NCBI GenBank assembly: GCA_965215715.1
Contig: OZ244129.1
Span: 1,364,994 to 1,428,993 of the forward strand
Length of the DNA stretch: 64,000 nucleotides
Origin: Hyphomicrobiales bacterium
Lineage (GTDB): Bacteria; Pseudomonadota; Alphaproteobacteria; Rhizobiales; HXMU1428-3
Direction: 5' to 3'
Shown: positions 8,810 through 18,473 of the stretch, in pieces
Layout of the letters: each line of letters starts with the position of its first letter
How positions within the stretch are numbered: position 1 is the first letter of the stretch
Notes under the pieces: generated by a model
Seen by the model: only the letters and a program-made list of their open reading frames with translations
What the model was told of the DNA's origin: nothing
The model's database searches: none
Made by a program: the position numbers and the translations under genes

Positions 8810-9712
8810 ATGATCAAAGCCCTTTTAAGAAGCCCTCACTTTCTGGCTTATCTTTTGCTAACCCTGACCTGTTTGTTCTGGGCGGGTAATTTTGTTATGG
8901 GGCGCGGGGTGAGTGACAGTGTGCCACCGATTGCTTTAAGCTTTTGGCGCTGGCTGTTGGCGTCCCTTATAATTTTGCCCTTTGCCTGGTCGCATCTGAA
9001 AAAAGATTGGCCAGCCATCAAACCTCGTTTGGGGTATTTTTTTCTGATGGGGCTTTTGGGCGGGGCCAGCTTTAATGCCTTGACTTATCTTGCCCTCCAC
9101 ACCACGACAGCAACCAATGCCCTTGTGCTGAATGCGGCCAATGCTCTGTTTATCGTGCTGGCCAACTATGCCATTCACAAACTGAAACCAACCAAAAACC
9201 AGCTTTTGGCTATCGCCATTGCCATCATTGGTATGTTGTTCATTGTGACACGTGGTCAGTTTGAGCAATTGAGCGCTTTGCGTTTTCAAATTGGTGACTT
9301 GCTTGTCATCGCCTCTATGATTGGCTGGGCGCTTTATACTGCGTTTTTATTGAATAGACCACAGACCCATGCTTTAAGCTTTGCCAGTCTCACATTTATT
9401 GCTTCGGCGATCATCTTATTGCCGATCATGATGTTTGAACACAGCCTTGGATACACCATTGCTTTTGATCAAAAGACTTTGTTGGCGATTTTGTATGCCG
9501 CTATTTTCCCAGGTGTCTTGGCTTATATTTTTTATAATAAAGGGGTCAGTATCATTGGTGGCAATCGCGCTGGTATTGTCATCTATTTAATGCCATTTTT
9601 TGGCTCAATCTTGGGCTTTCTATTTTTAAATGAAACGCCGCATTCTTATCATTTTATTGGCTTTGCCCTCATCATTGGGGGTGTGATGTTGTCGGCTTAT
9701 AAAAAATCATAA
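8810..9712 (+). CDS. EamA/DMT family transporter
   Basis: Ten TM helices in two EamA repeats. Likely ATG at 8810 (ORF track start 8672). Confidence 0.9.
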   Translation: MIKALLRSPHFLAYLLLTLTCLFWAGNFVMGRGVSDSVPPIALSFWRWLLASLIILPFAWSHLKKDWPAIKPRLGYFFLMGLLGGASFNALTYLALHTTTATNALVLNAANALFIVLANYAIHKLKPTKNQLLAIAIAIIGMLFIVTRGQFEQLSALRFQIGDLLVIASMIGWALYTAFLLNRPQTHALSFASLTFIASAIILLPIMMFEHSLGYTIAFDQKTLLAILYAAIFPGVLAYIFYNKGVSIIGGNRAGIVIYLMPFFGSILGFLFLNETPHSYHFIGFALIIGGVMLSAYKKS

Positions 9713-9722
9713 GCTATCAAAC

Positions 9723-9767
9723 AAAGATCGATACACACCCTTTAATATAGGGCGTATATCGATCTTT
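9723..9767. terminator. Bidirectional hairpin between convergent genes
   Basis: AAAGATCGATA...CCCT TTAATAT AGGG...TATCGATCTTT inverted repeat. Confidence 0.7.
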
Positions 9768-9797
9768 AAACTTTTCACATTACATATAAGCCTGGGC

Positions 9798-11504
9798 TTA
9801 ACGCAAAGTGATCTTCTTATCTTTTGGCCACACCAACTGATAGCCAAAATCAATGGTTATTGGTTTGTTTGGCTGTGCCACCATATCCCAAGCCATGATA
9901 CCTTTTTTATCTTCCACGTTCTGCCGGCTTGGTTTTGGGTTGGCATTTAACAAAGAAATTTCCAAGGTTTCTTGGTTGGCATAAGGCATCTGATCAAGAA
10001 TGGTCACGGGCATTGCCATTTTGTGGCCATTTGTCAGCGTGATTTTATAGCGATGCACATCACTGTTTGAGGTGCTGATCAAACCAGTTTCACCTTTCAC
10101 CCGGTCAAGCCGCGCCCATTTCACATTCACTTTAGGGTCAACGCCAAAACCAATCTCTACCTTTTGTCCAGGCTCAACTGCTTTTAGATGAGAGCGGCCA
10201 ATATAAACCCCATCGCGGAACAAAGACATTTGCCCGGCTAAAATGGCGGCTTGTGTGGTGTTGGTAAAAGACCCATGTAGATAAGCGCGGCGTTCTTTTT
10301 TAGGCACGGCAAACAAAGACACTTTGGGGGCAACGCTCATTTGATCTAAAAATACTTTTTTGCGCTCGCCATCGCGTTTCACGGTTGTTGGCTCAACAAC
10401 TTTAAAGGTCATTTGATAAGCCCCAAATGAAACTTGAGCACGGCGCGGGCGCGCCGGGGCTTCCATTGCCATGGTCTTTACAATCCTGCCAGCCTTTTTC
10501 TTTAAAGAACGAGAGCCTTGGAATTTCGCTTTATCGCTTTCTTCTTGCATCATGTCCATAACACCTCCTTGGTTCAGAGGTTTGGGCTCTGGGCGAAAGT
10601 CGACAAATAAGGGGGACAGACCTGGTGCTTTTGTGCGCCCGGTTGGGTTGGTAGTTGAGAGGGTTAAAACGACATTGTCCCAATCTTCACTGGTGGTTTG
10701 AAACACGCTGGCGCGGCGTACTAGATCTAGCTTGGCTTTCTGGCCGGCATTGGTGCTTAGCCGTGCTTCATACAAGGGCCTCCAACCAGCACCGGAGACT
10801 TGGTAATGCACTTTAAACTGGGCCTTGCCTTGATTGGCTGCTGTTAAATTGACCACAAGCCGTGTTGCTTGTTTGTTACCCTTTGGCTGTTCGGCCAAAC
10901 GTTGGCGGACATTGGCTATCTCTTTTTCTATTGCGCGCAGTTTTACATCGGCTTGTAAGATCTTATTTTGCGCCTCGATGAACTTTTCTCCCATCATGGT
11001 ATAAAGGTTGGTGTATTGGCCTGTTACATCTTGCAAGCCGGCATCACGCCCATCTCCCATTTGCCGCGATGGTATCATGGTCATTTCATTGAGGAGCTTT
11101 TTTTGCAATTGGGCAGCTTCAACTTCAGCTTTTACAGCTTGTTTTTGATCGCGCAATTGATCGAGTTGGGTTTGCAATTGGTCGATCAATGCTTTGTTGG
11201 TTTGCTGATCCAGTGGGATGGTCACAAGCTTATGATCAATTGTGCCAATTTCTAGCGCTTCGGGCCCGGCCCCTTCAACGCGCAAGGAGCGTGATTGCAA
11301 ATGGGCGGGCAAGTCATTCAAAATCACCTCATGCGAGCCTACCGGAATATCAACGGAGAACTCTCTGGTGATTTGCGCCCCTGAGGGAAACACTGTCACC
11401 GCGGTGATGCTTGAGCGGCTCTTAATTTCAGCCGCTTGTAAAAAAGCCGGTTGGCCCAGAAGGCCTATAACCAGTCCAAATTGTAACAATCCTAAATGTC
11501 GCAT
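9798..11504 (-). CDS. Mucoidy inhibitor MuiA family protein (DUF4140 + DUF4139)
   Basis: Signal peptide; ITAVTVFPSGAQITR, coiled coil, YQVSGAGWRPLYEARL, QTTSEDWDNVVLTLST, FGVDP motifs. Confidence 0.9.
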   Translation of the reverse strand: MRHLGLLQFGLVIGLLGQPAFLQAAEIKSRSSITAVTVFPSGAQITREFSVDIPVGSHEVILNDLPAHLQSRSLRVEGAGPEALEIGTIDHKLVTIPLDQQTNKALIDQLQTQLDQLRDQKQAVKAEVEAAQLQKKLLNEMTMIPSRQMGDGRDAGLQDVTGQYTNLYTMMGEKFIEAQNKILQADVKLRAIEKEIANVRQRLAEQPKGNKQATRLVVNLTAANQGKAQFKVHYQVSGAGWRPLYEARLSTNAGQKAKLDLVRRASVFQTTSEDWDNVVLTLSTTNPTGRTKAPGLSPLFVDFRPEPKPLNQGGVMDMMQEESDKAKFQGSRSLKKKAGRIVKTMAMEAPARPRRAQVSFGAYQMTFKVVEPTTVKRDGERKKVFLDQMSVAPKVSLFAVPKKERRAYLHGSFTNTTQAAILAGQMSLFRDGVYIGRSHLKAVEPGQKVEIGFGVDPKVNVKWARLDRVKGETGLISTSNSDVHRYKITLTNGHKMAMPVTILDQMPYANQETLEISLLNANPKPSRQNVEDKKGIMAWDMVAQPNKPITIDFGYQLVWPKDKKITLR

Positions 11505-11590
11505 GAGATCTTTCCCTTATCTTTTCATAAATACCGTTGCTTTATGAACCCTCTATATTCACAGTGTGCCAAATCATTGGTACAGCAAAT

Positions 11591-11696
11591 CAGAACATGA
11601 CAATTTTTATTGAATTTAAAGTCATGCTCTTGTCTGTTTGTTTTTGCGTGTCTTTTTTCACAAAACCGGTATCCACTTTTGTGCGACACGCACGAG
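11591..11696. repeat. BRU-RS/RIME-like repeat, modules A+B
   Basis: AGAACATGAC..TTGAATTTAAAGTCATGCTCT followed by GCGTGTC..CACAAAACCGGTATCCACTTTTGTGCGACACGC; matches the copy at 46762. Confidence 0.8.
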
Positions 11697-11706
11697 ACTA
11701 TCAAAC

Positions 11707-11733
11707 AAAAAAAAGGCCCCGATGGGGCCTTTT
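11707..11733 (-). terminator. Intrinsic terminator of serC-serA
   Basis: AAAAGGCCCC-gat-GGGGCCTTTT with a long U-tract on the minus strand. Confidence 0.9.
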
Positions 11734-11757
11734 CATTAACTTGTTGTAATCTTGGAC

Positions 11758-13338
11758 TTAAAATGAAAGCCGCTTGGCATCGACCACATGATCCAGGCCG
11801 CTTGTTTTCTCAAGAGCCTGCTCATCCACTGGCTGGTCAACACCGATTAAGGCGAGCGCCTTGCCAGCTTCTTCATCACGGCCCAGGTTAAAGTTGGCAA
11901 TGTTCACACCAGCTTCGCCCAGCACGGTTCCCAACGCCCCAATGAAACCTGGTTTATCAGTGTTCTCAATATAAAGCATGTTCTCATCCAATGAGGCTTC
12001 CATATTGATCCCGCGCACCTGGATGATCCGCGGCTTGCCATCAGAAAACACCGTGCCCGCAACAGAGCGTTCTTGGCGTTCCGTTTTCACGGTTAAACGC
12101 ATATATTGGCCATAGGCCCCTTCACTGCCGCGCCGGGTTTCCTCGACCTGAATGCCGCGGTCTTGAGCGATCACTGAGGCACTGACCATGTTGATATCCG
12201 CCAATTGTGGGCGCAGAACGCCGCACACGGCTGCCGCTGTCAAGGTTTTGGTATTTAAGTCGCCAATGTCGCCAACAAACTCAACGCGAATTTCTTGCAA
12301 ACCAGTTTCGATCAACTGGCCAGCAAACAAGCCCAATTGTTCCGCCAATTGCGCATAAGGGCGTAATTTTGGGGCTTCTTCTGCAGAGACGGATGGGAAG
12401 TTAATGGCGTTCGTAATCGCACCTGTGAGCAAATAGTCAGACATTTGCTCAGCCACTTGCACGGCCACATTGACTTGCGCTTCATCAGTAGAGGCGCCAA
12501 GGTGGGGGGTACAAATCATGTTTGGAGCGTTGAACAGCACATTTTCTTTTGCGGGCTCTTCAGAGTATACATCAAAGGCAGCGCCGGCTACTTTGCCGCT
12601 TTCTAGTGCATCACGCAAGGCTTGCTCATCAACCAAACCACCACGGGCACAGTTTACAATGCGCACGCCCTCTTTCATTTTGGCAATGGCATCGCCATCA
12701 ATGATGTTGCGGGTTTTATCTGTGAGCGGTGTGTGCAGGGTGATAAAGTCAGCCCGGCCAAACAGCTCATCAAGTTCTACCTTTTCAACACCGATCTCTA
12801 CAGCGCGCTCTGCGGTTAAGAATGGATCAAAGGCAATCACTTTCATTTTCAAGCCAATGCCGCGGCTTGCCGCGATGGAGCCAATGTTGCCACAACCGAT
12901 GACACCAAGGGTTTTGCCGGTGACTTCCACACCCATAAATTTGGATTTTTCCCATTTGCCTTCATGGGTAGAGGCATTGGCCTCTGGAATGTTACGGGCA
13001 AGCGCCATCATCATGGCAATGGCATGTTCAGCTGTGGTGATGGAATTGCCAAATGGTGTGTTCATCACGATCACGCCCTTGGCAGTGGCTGCTTTAATGT
13101 CAACATTGTCAACACCAATGCCAGCCCGGCCAATCACTTTTAAGTTCTTGGCCGCCCCAATAATCTTTTCAGACGGTTTGGTGGCAGAGCGGATGGCCAG
13201 GCCATCATAATCGCCAATGATTTCCATCAGCTCTTCTTTTTCAAGGCCAACTTTTACATCAACTTCAATGCCGCGCTCTTCAAAGATTTGTTTTGCAAGC
13301 GGGCTTAATTTATCAGAAATAAGGACACGTGGTGCCAT
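11758..13338 (-). CDS. serA: D-3-phosphoglycerate dehydrogenase
   Basis: GRAGIGVDNVD, GVIGCGNIG, NCARGGLVDE, TPHLGAST, C-terminal ACT domain. ATG at 13338 follows an AGGAGAG RBS. Confidence 0.98.
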   Translation of the reverse strand: MAPRVLISDKLSPLAKQIFEERGIEVDVKVGLEKEELMEIIGDYDGLAIRSATKPSEKIIGAAKNLKVIGRAGIGVDNVDIKAATAKGVIVMNTPFGNSITTAEHAIAMMMALARNIPEANASTHEGKWEKSKFMGVEVTGKTLGVIGCGNIGSIAASRGIGLKMKVIAFDPFLTAERAVEIGVEKVELDELFGRADFITLHTPLTDKTRNIIDGDAIAKMKEGVRIVNCARGGLVDEQALRDALESGKVAGAAFDVYSEEPAKENVLFNAPNMICTPHLGASTDEAQVNVAVQVAEQMSDYLLTGAITNAINFPSVSAEEAPKLRPYAQLAEQLGLFAGQLIETGLQEIRVEFVGDIGDLNTKTLTAAAVCGVLRPQLADINMVSASVIAQDRGIQVEETRRGSEGAYGQYMRLTVKTERQERSVAGTVFSDGKPRIIQVRGINMEASLDENMLYIENTDKPGFIGALGTVLGEAGVNIANFNLGRDEEAGKALALIGVDQPVDEQALEKTSGLDHVVDAKRLSF

Positions 13339-13414
13339 GGATCTCTCCTTCAATAGCCTTTATAAACAGGCTCGAAAATCTAGTTTTGCATCTATGAATG
13401 AATTGAAAAAAGCT

Positions 13415-14581
13415 TTAAGCAATTTCAGCCTTTGCCGCAGCAAACGCCCAGTCAAGCCAAGGGGTTAAAGCTTGCAAGTCACTTGCTTCAACCGTTGCGC
13501 CTGCCCAAATGCGAAGACCGGCTGGTGCATCACGGTAGGAGCCAATGTCAAGAGCGACCCCTTCTTCATCCAGCAGTTTCACAATTCGTTTGGCGAAGGC
13601 TGCTTGGGCATCAGGTTCCAGTGCCACAATGTCTGCATCAACAATTTTCAAACAAACAGATGTGTTGGATGCAATTTCAGGGCGAACTGCCAAATTGGCC
13701 ACCCAGTCTGCGGCCTCCATCCAGTCATTGAGGGTTTTTGCATTGGCATCTGCGCGTGCTTTCATGGCGCTCAGGCCACCTATTTTCTCAGCCCATTGCA
13801 ACCCATCGACATAGTCTTCCAAAGCCAACATTGAGGGGGTATTGATTGTTGCCCCTTCAAAAATGCCTTTAATGATTTTGCCGCCTTTGGTGAGGCGGAA
13901 GATTTTGGGCATTGGCCAGGCTGGTGTATAGCTTTCTAACCGGGCAACTGCGCGCGGTGATAAAACCAACATGCCGTGCTGGCCTTCGCCGCCCATAACC
14001 TTTTGCCAAGAGTAAGTGAGCACATCGACTTTGTCCCAGGCGATGTCTTGGGCAAAAACGGCTGAGGTGGCATCTACCAATGTTAGCCCTTCGCGGTCAC
14101 TGGCGATCCAATCCCCATTCGGCACTTTCACGCCAGAGGTGGTGCCATTCCAGGTGAAGACAACATCTTTAGAAAAATCAACCGTGCTCAGGTCTGGTAA
14201 ATCGCCATAGTCGGCTTCTAGAACCCGCACATCCTCAAGTTTTAGCTGCTTGGTAATGTCTGTGACCCAGCCCTTGCCAAAGCTTTCCCAGGCCAAAACA
14301 TCAACGCCGCGCTCACCTAGCAGTGACCACATTGCTGCTTCAAATGCGCCTGTGTCAGAGGCGGGCATAATGCCCACCAAATAATCTTCAGGGATGCCTA
14401 AAATCTGCTTGGTTTTATCTATTGCCAATTTAAGGCGTGCTTTACCAACGCCAGAGCGGTGTGAACGCCCCAAGACTGCATCTTTTAAAGCTTCAAGAGA
14501 GTAACCTGGCCGTTTTGAACAAGGGCCAGATGAAAAATGCGCGTTGTCCGGGCGCGCTGCCGGTTTGTTTAGATCTGTCAT
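13415..14581 (-). CDS. serC: Phosphoserine aminotransferase
   Basis: [42 protein letters not shown] (alphaproteobacterial SerC type). Confidence 0.97.
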   Translation of the reverse strand: MTDLNKPAARPDNAHFSSGPCSKRPGYSLEALKDAVLGRSHRSGVGKARLKLAIDKTKQILGIPEDYLVGIMPASDTGAFEAAMWSLLGERGVDVLAWESFGKGWVTDITKQLKLEDVRVLEADYGDLPDLSTVDFSKDVVFTWNGTTSGVKVPNGDWIASDREGLTLVDATSAVFAQDIAWDKVDVLTYSWQKVMGGEGQHGMLVLSPRAVARLESYTPAWPMPKIFRLTKGGKIIKGIFEGATINTPSMLALEDYVDGLQWAEKIGGLSAMKARADANAKTLNDWMEAADWVANLAVRPEIASNTSVCLKIVDADIVALEPDAQAAFAKRIVKLLDEEGVALDIGSYRDAPAGLRIWAGATVEASDLQALTPWLDWAFAAAKAEIA

Positions 14582-14630
14582 GATCTATCCTTCCAGATAG
14601 TTGCCTCTCGTTGGGGAGAGGTGTCCCACC
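14582..14630 (-). ncRNA. serC leader cis-regulatory RNA
   Basis: Minus strand GGUGGGACACCUCUCCCCAACGAGAGGCAACUAUCUGGAAGGAUAGAUC immediately before the serC ATG. Two hairpins, the second (CUAUCU-GGAA-GGAUAG) covering the SD. Matches my recollection of the alphaproteobacterial serC motif. Confidence 0.8.
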
Positions 14631-14685
14631 TGTGCGTTTATGTGAGTTAGGAAGAGAAGTCAATAGATCAAAAGGTGGAAGAATT

Positions 14686-14714
14686 AAAAAAAGGCAGGAC
14701 GAGCCTGCCTTTTT
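14686..14714 (-). terminator. Intrinsic terminator of the omp gene
   Basis: AAAAAAAGGCAGG-acgag-CCTGCCTTTTT. Confidence 0.88.
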
Positions 14715-14736
14715 CAAAATCAATATATTTTATGTC

Positions 14737-15486
14737 TTATTTATAAGACACATATTCATCTGACTCGCACGAACGCCAGCAACTGAAGCTATAGCGCAGA
14801 CCAAAGCGAAGTTCGTGTGATTCAATGTCATCAATCTCGAATTTACGTCCAGGAGATTTTCTATCACCGAAGCTTCCATCACCCATATCAAGATAACGGT
14901 ACCCAATATCAAGCTTCCAACTCTCACGCAGATCAATATCAACACCAGCCATCAACGCCCATGCAAAAGATGTATCTTCATCGTCGGTGTCATCACCATC
15001 AATTGAGTGATGAGCAAAACCAATACCTACACCTATGTAAGGTGTGATGCGGTGCCCCATATCAAGGTCATAGTAAAAATTCACCAAACCAACCAGGCTA
15101 TCAAGTTCGCCTGTGAACTGGTTTGTAGGAACCGTGCCTGAATCCAGTTGAGAAAAAAGATCTGTGCCCATGCGATAATCAAGAGTGGCATCCATTCTAA
15201 AGCCACGCATGATGTAGACACCCAGACCACCACCGATAGACCAGTTTTCATCGGCATCATCTAAAATAAATTTAGCAGCATTGCTGTCTGTAAACGAAGG
15301 ATCGGAATTAAACCCAATGCCAACATCGCCGCGCAAATACCATCTATGGCTAGAATCATCCATATAGCCCATATCATCTTTTATGCTACCACGATAATCC
15401 TGATCATAAAGATCTGCAGCAGAAGCAGATCCCCCAACTAAAGCCAACATAAGAGTGCTGACCAAGCCCATCTTATAAATATTCAT
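14737..15486 (-). CDS. Outer-membrane beta-barrel protein, Omp25/RopB-like family
   Basis: Signal peptide ending ASA|ADLY; WYLRGDVG, GLVNFYYDL, ITPYIGVGIG, FAWALMAGV, LDIGYRYLDMG, HELRFGLRYSF. Confidence 0.88.
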   Translation of the reverse strand: MNIYKMGLVSTLMLALVGGSASAADLYDQDYRGSIKDDMGYMDDSSHRWYLRGDVGIGFNSDPSFTDSNAAKFILDDADENWSIGGGLGVYIMRGFRMDATLDYRMGTDLFSQLDSGTVPTNQFTGELDSLVGLVNFYYDLDMGHRITPYIGVGIGFAHHSIDGDDTDDEDTSFAWALMAGVDIDLRESWKLDIGYRYLDMGDGSFGDRKSPGRKFEIDDIESHELRFGLRYSFSCWRSCESDEYVSYK

Positions 15487-15605
15487 CTAATAATTCCCTT
15501 TTAAAATACGCCAAATCGCTTGGCCATGCCCCCGATGCCACATTCTAAAACACGCAGAATGTGCCCCCTCAGGGTCCTGATAGATCCAACTATCAATGAG
15601 AATAA

Positions 15606-15664
15606 TTAAAAGAGAATTAACAATAACCCCTTGAATCTAATTGATTTCGTTAAGAAATTATTAA
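15606..15664. promoter_or_regulatory. Two CtrA-type boxes upstream of the omp gene
   Basis: TTAA-aagagaa-TTAAC (15606..15621) and TTAA-gaaatta-TTAA (15650..15664), 120-180 bp upstream of the omp start. Confidence 0.6.
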
Positions 15665-15730
15665 ACCAAGGTTTTAAGATGAGAAATATCCAAAGCTTTA
15701 TTAAATATAAACCGAAGAAAAGCAAAAACT

Positions 15731-17080
15731 TCAAGCGGCTGCTTCAGTCTTGAGTACACCAACAATATCAGAGACAACTTGGGTAACAACACCTTTGTCA
15801 TCTCCCTCTGCCATTACACGGATAACTGGTTCAGTACCAGATGGACGAATAACAAGACGCCCAGAAGATCCAAGGCGATTTTCACCTTCTTGAATGGCTT
15901 CAATCACATCTTTACGCTCAAGCGGCATCCCATCAGAATATCGGACATTTTGCAAAAGTTGTGGCACGCGTTCAAATTGCTGGCAAATTTCACTCACTGG
16001 TTTGCCTTGAGCAATAACTACCGCTAACACTTGCAAAGCTGATACAAGCCCATCACCGGTGGTGGAAAAATCGGTCAAGACGATATGGCCGGATTGCTCG
16101 CCGCCAACATTAAAGCCGTGACGGCGCATATGCTCTACAACGTAACGATCGCCAACAGGGGTTCGCACCATATCCAGTTTTTCTTGCTTTAAAAAACGCT
16201 CTAACCCAAGATTAGACATGATGGTTGCAACAACACCGCCCGCTTGTAACTTATCTTGATCGTTCCAAGATTTGGCGATCACCGCCATGAGCTGGTCACC
16301 ATCAACCAATTGGCCTTTTTCGTCAACAATCACCACACGGTCAGCATCCCCATCTAGGGCAATACCGATATCGGCACGCATTTCTTTGACTTTTTCACAC
16401 AGCAATTCCGGACTGGTTGAGCCACACCCCTCATTAATGTTTTTGCCATTAGGCTCAACACCAATGGTAATCACTTCTGCACCAAGTTCCCAAAGAGCAA
16501 GGGGGGCTACCTTATAGGCGGCACCATTGGCGCAATCAATCACTATGCGCAAGCCCTCAAAGCGCATATGGCGGGGCAAAGAACGTTTTGCGGCTTCAAT
16601 ATAACGATCATTGACACTTTCGATCCGTTTGGCACGCCCGATTGTTTCAGGCCGCGCTAGCAAACCATCAATATCTCCTGTGACCAATTTTGTGATTTCA
16701 GCTTCTTGCTCATCTGATAATTTATAACCATCGGGGCCAAAAATCTTAATGCCATTGTCGCAGAACTCATTATGAGAGGCGGAAATCATCACCCCTAAAT
16801 CTGCGCGCATGGACCGGGTGAGCATGGCCACCCCAGGGGTTGGCACAGGGCCCAATTGGAAAACATCCATTCCAACAGCAGTAAACCCTGAAATCAATGC
16901 AGATTCGATCATGTAGCCTGAAAGACGGGTGTCCTTGCCGATCACCACCCGATGACGATGATCGCCATTGCGAAAAATGCGCCCGGCTGCCATGCCAATT
17001 TTCAAGGCAACTTCAGATGTCATAGGGAATTGATTTGCACGCCCACGCACCCCATCTGTTCCAAATAATTTTTGCCCCAT
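15731..17080 (-). CDS. glmM: Phosphoglucosamine mutase
   Basis: [34 protein letters not shown]. Confidence 0.99.
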   Translation of the reverse strand: MGQKLFGTDGVRGRANQFPMTSEVALKIGMAAGRIFRNGDHRHRVVIGKDTRLSGYMIESALISGFTAVGMDVFQLGPVPTPGVAMLTRSMRADLGVMISASHNEFCDNGIKIFGPDGYKLSDEQEAEITKLVTGDIDGLLARPETIGRAKRIESVNDRYIEAAKRSLPRHMRFEGLRIVIDCANGAAYKVAPLALWELGAEVITIGVEPNGKNINEGCGSTSPELLCEKVKEMRADIGIALDGDADRVVIVDEKGQLVDGDQLMAVIAKSWNDQDKLQAGGVVATIMSNLGLERFLKQEKLDMVRTPVGDRYVVEHMRRHGFNVGGEQSGHIVLTDFSTTGDGLVSALQVLAVVIAQGKPVSEICQQFERVPQLLQNVRYSDGMPLERKDVIEAIQEGENRLGSSGRLVIRPSGTEPVIRVMAEGDDKGVVTQVVSDIVGVLKTEAAA

Positions 17081-17306
17081 TGGGTTTTAAAACTCCCTCT
17101 TTAGAAAAACACAACCACTTTGCAAAACTGGCTTTTAAGAACCACAACTTAAAGACCCATATTTACGTAAAAAGTGCAGCAATTTCCATTCCACATTCAG
17201 TCAGCTTATTCAAATCTCAACAACAAATTTTACAATGGTTAAAATCAGAACCAAACACAAAAATGCTTCAGATTGCCCCTAATAGACACATTTTACCCGT
17301 TTTATT

Positions 17307-18338
17307 CTATCCGGCCCATATGGCCAAAGCTTGAGCAGTGGCAGAAACATCGTGAACGCGCAAAAGCTGTGTGCCTTGAGCTGCCCCATTTAAAGCGGCG
17401 GCCAGTGAACCGGGAAGCCTTTGCTCAACAGGTTCATTTTGAGAAAGTGCAGCAATGAACCTTTTTCGAGACGCTCCTAACATTATGGGACACCCCAGCC
17501 CATGAAACAGGCTCATGCCTGCCAATAATTCAAGATTGTGTGCCAGGGTTTTGCCAAATCCAATCCCTGGGTCGACCACCAATAAATCTTTAGAAATGCC
17601 TGCCTTAATGGCCTTATCAATGGCCCCATTTAGATAATCATACACTTCCAACAGGCAATGATTATAGTGGGGGTCATCTTGCATGCTTTGAGGTGTGCCC
17701 TGGGCATGCATCAAAACCACCGGCACCTTTAAGTCTGCAGCGGTTGATAAAGCGTCTTGGTCATAGCTTAAGGCGGATACATCGTTGATCATGGAAGCGC
17801 CTGCCAAGACCGCTTGCTTCATCACTTCAGCTTTGCGGGTATCGATCGAAATCACCACATCGCTTTTTTCGCGCAAAGCTTTTATCACTGGTATGACACG
17901 CTTAAGCTCTTGGTCAATCGGCACTTTGCCAGCACCAGGGCGGGTGCTTTCCCCGCCAATATCAAGAATGGAGGCGCCTTGTGCGACAAGATCCATGCCG
18001 TGGGTGACAGCTTGGTCAGGATTTATGAATTTCCCGCCATCGGAAAAACTATCAGGGGTTACATTCACGATGCCCATTATGTGTGGGCGATCCATTGCAA
18101 GCCCGGCGATGGGGGCACGCACGGTGCAAAGGTTTTCAAAAGAACTGGGAAGCTTATCTTGGCCCTCTTGAATGGATCGTATCTGTGATGTGACGGTGCC
18201 GTTTTTTAGGGTAAGTTGCTCAAGTTGGCCAAAGCCAACATCTTTCATGCCAGCAAGAGGAAAGATGGGCTGCCCTTGCAGATCTTGAATGTAAGGAAGC
18301 TGGGAAACCTTATGGCAAATTGGGCGCAAATATTCCAT
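17307..18338 (-). CDS. folP: Dihydropteroate synthase with N-terminal extension
   Basis: IMGIVNVTPDSFSDGG, DIGGESTRPGA, SIDTRK, VDPGIGFGK, GASRKRFI, RVHDV. Likely ATG at 18338. Confidence 0.97.
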   Translation of the reverse strand: MEYLRPICHKVSQLPYIQDLQGQPIFPLAGMKDVGFGQLEQLTLKNGTVTSQIRSIQEGQDKLPSSFENLCTVRAPIAGLAMDRPHIMGIVNVTPDSFSDGGKFINPDQAVTHGMDLVAQGASILDIGGESTRPGAGKVPIDQELKRVIPVIKALREKSDVVISIDTRKAEVMKQAVLAGASMINDVSALSYDQDALSTAADLKVPVVLMHAQGTPQSMQDDPHYNHCLLEVYDYLNGAIDKAIKAGISKDLLVVDPGIGFGKTLAHNLELLAGMSLFHGLGCPIMLGASRKRFIAALSQNEPVEQRLPGSLAAALNGAAQGTQLLRVHDVSATAQALAIWAG

Positions 18339-18473
18339 CAAAACCTCATTCAATCTTTCTTTCACATTTTCAAATGTATGAGCAGATCAGCCCTCTTTTT
18401 ATATTGTTTAACAACAAAACCGCCCAAGCTTTTAAAGCTCAGACGGTTTTTTTTTAATCATTGCAAAAACAAA

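Noticed and set aside
12470-13210. 246-aa plus-strand ORF (and similar ones at 19195..19866, 33047..33517, 57064..57627)
   Set aside because: Antisense shadows of well-supported genes (serA, ftsH, ruvB, rne); no motifs or RBS.
17307-18365. N-terminal extension of FolP as a novel domain
   Set aside because: Long FolP forms are common in alphaproteobacteria as far as I recall.
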